Both the position numbers and the translations under genes were made by a program. A DNA stretch of 64,000 nucleotides from the human T2T-CHM13v2.0 reference genome, Homo sapiens. The stretch is from the NCBI RefSeq assembly GCF_009914755.1, contig NC_060931.1; one strand, written 5' to 3'. The notes below the pieces were generated by a model, which saw nothing but the letters and a program-made list of their open reading frames with translations, ran no database searches and had not been told where the DNA came from. This document shows positions 59,409-64,000 of this stretch, one piece after another; within the stretch, counting starts at the first letter, position 1, and every line of letters begins with the position of its first letter.

Positions 59409-59965
59409 ACCATTTGACCCAGCCATCCCATTACTGGGTATATACCCAAAGGACTATAAATCATGCTGCTATAAAAACACATGCACACGTATGTTTATTG
59501 CAGCACTATTCACAATAGCAAAGACTTGGAACCAACCCAAATGTCCAACAATGATAGACTGGATTAAGAGAATGTGGCACATACACACCATGGAATACTA
59601 TGCAGCCATAAAAAATGATGAGTTCATGTCCTTTGTAGGGACATGCATGAAATTGGAAATCATCATTCTCAGTAAACTATCGCAAGAGCAAAAAAACAAA
59701 CACCGCATATTCTCACTCATAGGTGGGAATGGAACAATGAGAACACATGGACACAGGAAGGGGAACATCACACTCTGGGGACTGTTGTGGGGTTGGGGGA
59801 GGGGGGAGGGATAGCATTGGGAGATATACCTAATGCTAGATGACGAGTTAGTGGGTGCAGCGCACCAGCATGGCACATGTATACATATGTAACTAACCTG
59901 CACATTGTGCACATGTACCCTAAAACTTAAAGTATAATAATAATAAATAAATAAATAAATAAAAA
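59409..59965 (+). mobile_element. Young L1PA2/3 3' end, sense orientation in ABCB5 intron 5
   Basis: gacgagttagtgggtgcagcgcaccagc motif, (AAAT)n tail, and a 17-bp TSD gaaaattctatttc(c/t)tt at 59392-59408 and 59966-59982. Confidence 0.95.
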
Positions 59966-60389
59966 GAAAATTCTATTTCTTTAAACATTAAAAATCAACA
60001 AATAGTAAAAATAATAAAATACTTCTTAACATAAAAATAGTAAGGTTTTACTCACACTAAATTTGGAGACTAATTATTCAGACTATTATGGTAAAGTTGT
60101 ATCCAAACAAAAAATTGTAAAGTATGAATAATAAATAATTTATAAGGATGTTCTGTTTTGTAATTTTAGGTATTAAACAGTGTGATTTATTTACTCAACA
60201 TGTTCTGAGTTTCCTAGGTAGACACTACCTTTCTCAGTATATTGACTGGATTTCTGTACTGCCTCACTAAAGCTTTCTGGGTCTTTACTCTAAACCTAAG
60301 TGATTCCTATTCTTTTCCCCCCAAAATGAAGACACCATCTTGTCAAGGGACACCCATCACATTGCAGTGACATCTTCTGGGCCTTAATT

Positions 60390-60740
60390 CTTTTTTTAAT
60401 TAAAAAAATTATAATTGACACACAATAATTATACATATTTATGAGGTACCTAGTGATGCTGTAATACATATAACGTATAGTGATCAGATCCGATTAATTA
60501 GCATATTCATTATCTCAAACATTTGTCGTTTCTTCGTATTGGGAATGTTCAGTATCTTTCTTCTAGCTATTTGAAATCATGTAATATATTATTGTTAAGT
60601 ATAGTCATAGTTAACTATAGCACTATAGGACATTAGAACTTATTTCTCCTATCTACCTATAACTTTAGCATTAACAAATATCTCCTTATCCCTTCCTTCT
60701 CTCTACCTTTCCCAGTCTCTAGTATCCTCTGTTCTTCTTT
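60390..60740 (-). mobile_element. L1MA 3' end
   Basis: ataattgacacacaataattatacatatttatgaggtac...ttctagctatttgaaa. Confidence 0.75.
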
Positions 60741-60805
60741 AGTTTTAATTCCTAATATGCCCTGTCCAATATTTTAGCCATGGCCATTTGTGGCTATATA
60801 ATTTT

Positions 60806-61165
60806 GTTTATAGATTTAGGGGGTACAAGGGCAGTTGTGTTACATGGATATATTGCATAGTGGTGAAGTCTGGGCTTTTTGTGTAGCCATGACCCAAATA
60901 GTGAAACTTGTAGCCATTAAGTAATTTCTCATCTCTTACACCCCCTTTTACCCTTTCAGCCTCTGAGTCTCCAATGTCTATTATTCCACTCTCTATGTCC
61001 ATATGTACACATTATTTAGCTCCCACTTATAAGTGAGAACTTGTGGTATTTGACTGTTTCTGAGTTATTTCATTTAAGATAATGGCCTCTTGATCCATCC
61101 ATGTTGCTGCAAAAAAAAAAACAAACCATGATCTCATTATTTTTATGGCTGACTAGTATTCCATG

Positions 61166-61202
<37 letters not shown>

Positions 61203-62850
61203 CATTTTCTTTATCCATTCATTCACTGATGAACACTTAGGTTGAGTCCATATCTTTGCTATTGTGAATAGGGCTACAATAAACATACAAGTGCAGGTAT
61301 CTTTCTGGCACAATGATTTCTTTTCCTTTGGGTACATACTCAGTATTAACACTGCCAAATTGAATGGTATTTCAATTTTTAGTTCTTTGAGAAATCTCTA
61401 TACTGTTTTCCATGGAGGCTGTACTAATTTACGTTACCCCCAATAGTGTATAAGTGTTCTCCTTTCTCTGCATTCTCACCAACATCTGTTATTATTTGGC
61501 TCTTTAATAGTAGACATTCTGATTGGTGTACGACAGTGTTTCACTGTGGTTTTATTTGCATTTCTCTGATGATTACTGAGGTTGAGCATTTTTTCATATG
61601 CTTTTTGGACATTTGTATGGCTCCTTTTGAAAAGTGTCTGCTCATGTCTTTTGCCCACTTTTTAATGGAGTTATTAAGGTTTATTTTATTGTCATTGTTG
61701 AGGTGTTTGGGTTCCTTGTAGATTCTAGATATTAGTTTTTTGTTGGTTGCATAGTTGGCAAATATTTTCTCCCATTCTGCAGGTTGTCTTTTCACTCTGT
61801 TGATTATTTCTTTTGCTGTGCAGAAGCTTTTTAATTAATTTCCATTTGTCTATTTTCGGTTTTGTTGCATTTGTTTTTGAAGTCTTAGTCATGAATACTT
61901 TGTCAAGGCCAATGTCCGGAAGAGTTTGTCCTAAGTTTTCTTCTAGTATTCTTATCACTTCAGGTGTTAAATTTAAGTCTTTAATCCATCTTTAGTTGAT
62001 GTTTGTATATGGTGAGAGATAAGGGTCCAGTTTTATTCTTTTGCTTACAGATTTCCAATTTTCCCAGCACCACTTATTAAATAGGATGTCCTTTTCCCAG
62101 TGTATGTTTTTGTTGGCTTTGTTGAAGGTCAATTAGTTGTAGGTATGTGGCTTTATTTCTGGGTTCTCTATTCTTTTTCCTTGATCTATGTGTCTATTAT
62201 TATACCAGTACCATGATATTTTCGTTACTATAGCCTTGTAGTACAATTTGAAATCAGGTAGTGTGATACATCCAGCTTTGTTCTTTCTGCTTATAGTTGT
62301 TTTGGTTATAAAGGCTTTTTTTTTTTTTTGGTTGCATATGAATTTTAGGACTGTCTTTTCTAATTCTGTGAAAAATGACATTGGCATTTTGATAGAAATT
62401 GCATTGAATGTATAGATTGCTTTGTCCAGTAAAGTCATTTTAATGATATTGATTCTTCAGATCCATGAGCATGGAATGTTTTCCCATTTGTTTGTATCAT
62501 CTGCAATTCCTCTCATTGATGTTTTGTAGTTTTCCTTGTAAAGATCTTTTAATTCCTTAGTTAAATATATTCTTAGATATTTTTTGTAGCTATTGTAAAT
62601 GGGATTGATTTCTTGATTTGATTCTCATTTTGATCATTATTGGTGTATAGAAATGTTACAGATTTTTGCACATTGATTTTATAACCTGAGTCTTGACTGA
62701 ATTTGTTAGCAAATCTAGGAGTATTTTGGTGGAATTGTTATGGTTTTCTAGGTATAAGACCATATCATCAGCAAATAAATAATTTGACTTTCTCTTTTCC
62801 AATTTGGATGCCTTTTATTTCTTTCTGTTGCTTGATTGCTCTGACTATAA
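60806..62850 (-). mobile_element. L1PB/L1MA 3' 2 kb, splitting a MER3/MER33 DNA transposon (60755-60805 and 62850-63005)
   Basis: Minus-strand ORFs 61541-61795, 61725-61958 and 62133-62438 are L1 ORF2-like. MER3/33 ends (ccctgtccaata; gaaagttctattggatag) flank the insert. Confidence 0.85.
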
Positions 62851-63431
62851 ATATGAATTGATTAAAATTAAAATTTAAAATTCAGTTTCTCATTCTCAAT
62901 CACATGTCAAGCATTAATAATTATATCTGGCTGGCTGCCATACAGTACAGCATAGATACTGAACATTTTTTTCATCATGGAAAGTTCTATTGGATAGTGT
63001 TGTTCTGGGCTACAATGTGAATGATGCTCCCTTGAATTGAGTTTTGCTGCAGCCTCAACTTTCTTTGGCTTAAAGTTCTTTTCTTAGCTAATTTTACATA
63101 AAATTTATTTATATTGGATCTTTTGAAAATTCTTGATTAGGATCTAGGGTAGTGTTTCATACTGAATTTTTGGTCTTACAGTATTAAAGCAGGGCTCTGA
63201 TGTACAGTCACGAAGGATACTTTTTTTTACAAAAAGTTTAAAATTTTTTTAATAGGAGCATCCATTTAAAAGTAGACAATAAAAGGGACAATAAGATGAA
63301 AAGATATGTCTATGTACAGTTATGTAAGGGCTACTAAATTTATAAGGAAACATACTTACCTTTTATAGTACTTGTTATACCATTATTTCTTTTTTTAAGA
63401 CTCATTTAAATAATAAGAAATTTATTACTGA

Positions 63432-63732
63432 GACCAGCTGCAATGGCTCACTCCTGTAATCCCAACATTTTAGGAGGCTGAGGCAGGCAGATCACTTGAG
63501 GTCAGGAATTCAAGACCATCCTGGCTAACATGGTGAAACTCCGTCTCTATTAAGAATACAAAAATTAGCTGGGCATGGTGGTGGGCACCTGTAGTCCCAG
63601 CTACTCGGAAAGTTGAGGCAGGAGAATCACCTGAACCTGGGAGTTAGAGGTTGCAGTGAGCTGAGATCACACCACTGCACTCAAGCCTCGGCAACAGAGC
63701 AAGACTCCATCAAAAAAAAAAAAAAAAAAAAA
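63432..63732 (+). mobile_element. AluS
   Basis: Dimeric Alu with a poly(A) tail. Confidence 0.95.
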
Positions 63733-64000
63733 GGAAGGAAGGAATTACCTATAATATTCAGTACATTATTATTAATTATAACTATTAATGTATTCAGTAT
63801 GTTAATATTTTTGAAATATTTGAGATACATATTAAAGAAGACTCTTCAGTCAAATTGGTTTGGAAAACATTATCTATGACAGCCTTCTATCCGATACATA
63901 GGATACATACATGACAAATACGGATAGTAAAGGCTTCATTTAGTTAGCTTGATTTAATCCAAGTTTTCCAAACCTACCAATATTTGATTGTGGAACATAA

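Overview
Human (or very close great-ape) genomic DNA, AT-rich and dense in repeats. It holds about 42 kb of upstream sequence and the 5' end of ABCB5 (ABC transporter B5, + strand; I recognise the locus as 7p21). A putative non-coding exon 1 ends at 42758 inside an antisense MLT2 LTR. Coding exons lie at 50208-50260, 53479-53533, 55613-55763 and 58986-59040 and give MENSERAEEMQENYQRNGTAEEQPKLRKEAVGSIEIFRFADGLDITLMILG...NEDMTL. In this haplotype the exon-3 splice donor reads CT instead of GT at 53534, a predicted loss-of-function change for the full-length isoform, although two frame-rescue routes are visible at exon 4. Upstream are two processed pseudogenes: EEF1A1 with an internal deletion, and a near full-length RALA retrocopy. 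Each has an antisense-oriented solo LTR12 (ERV9) promoter in or beside it. Also present are a twin-primed, chimeric L1PA composite forming an ~830-bp inverted repeat inside a MER74 LTR, and an orphan CpG-rich promoter-like element at ~26.1 kb with an MITF/USF E-box, CRE, YY1 and ETS motifs. The rest is Alu, L1, L2, MIR, MER and MaLR repeats. Repeat subfamily names come from recalled consensus sequences and need RepeatMasker confirmation. I found no CRISPR arrays, tRNA or rRNA genes.
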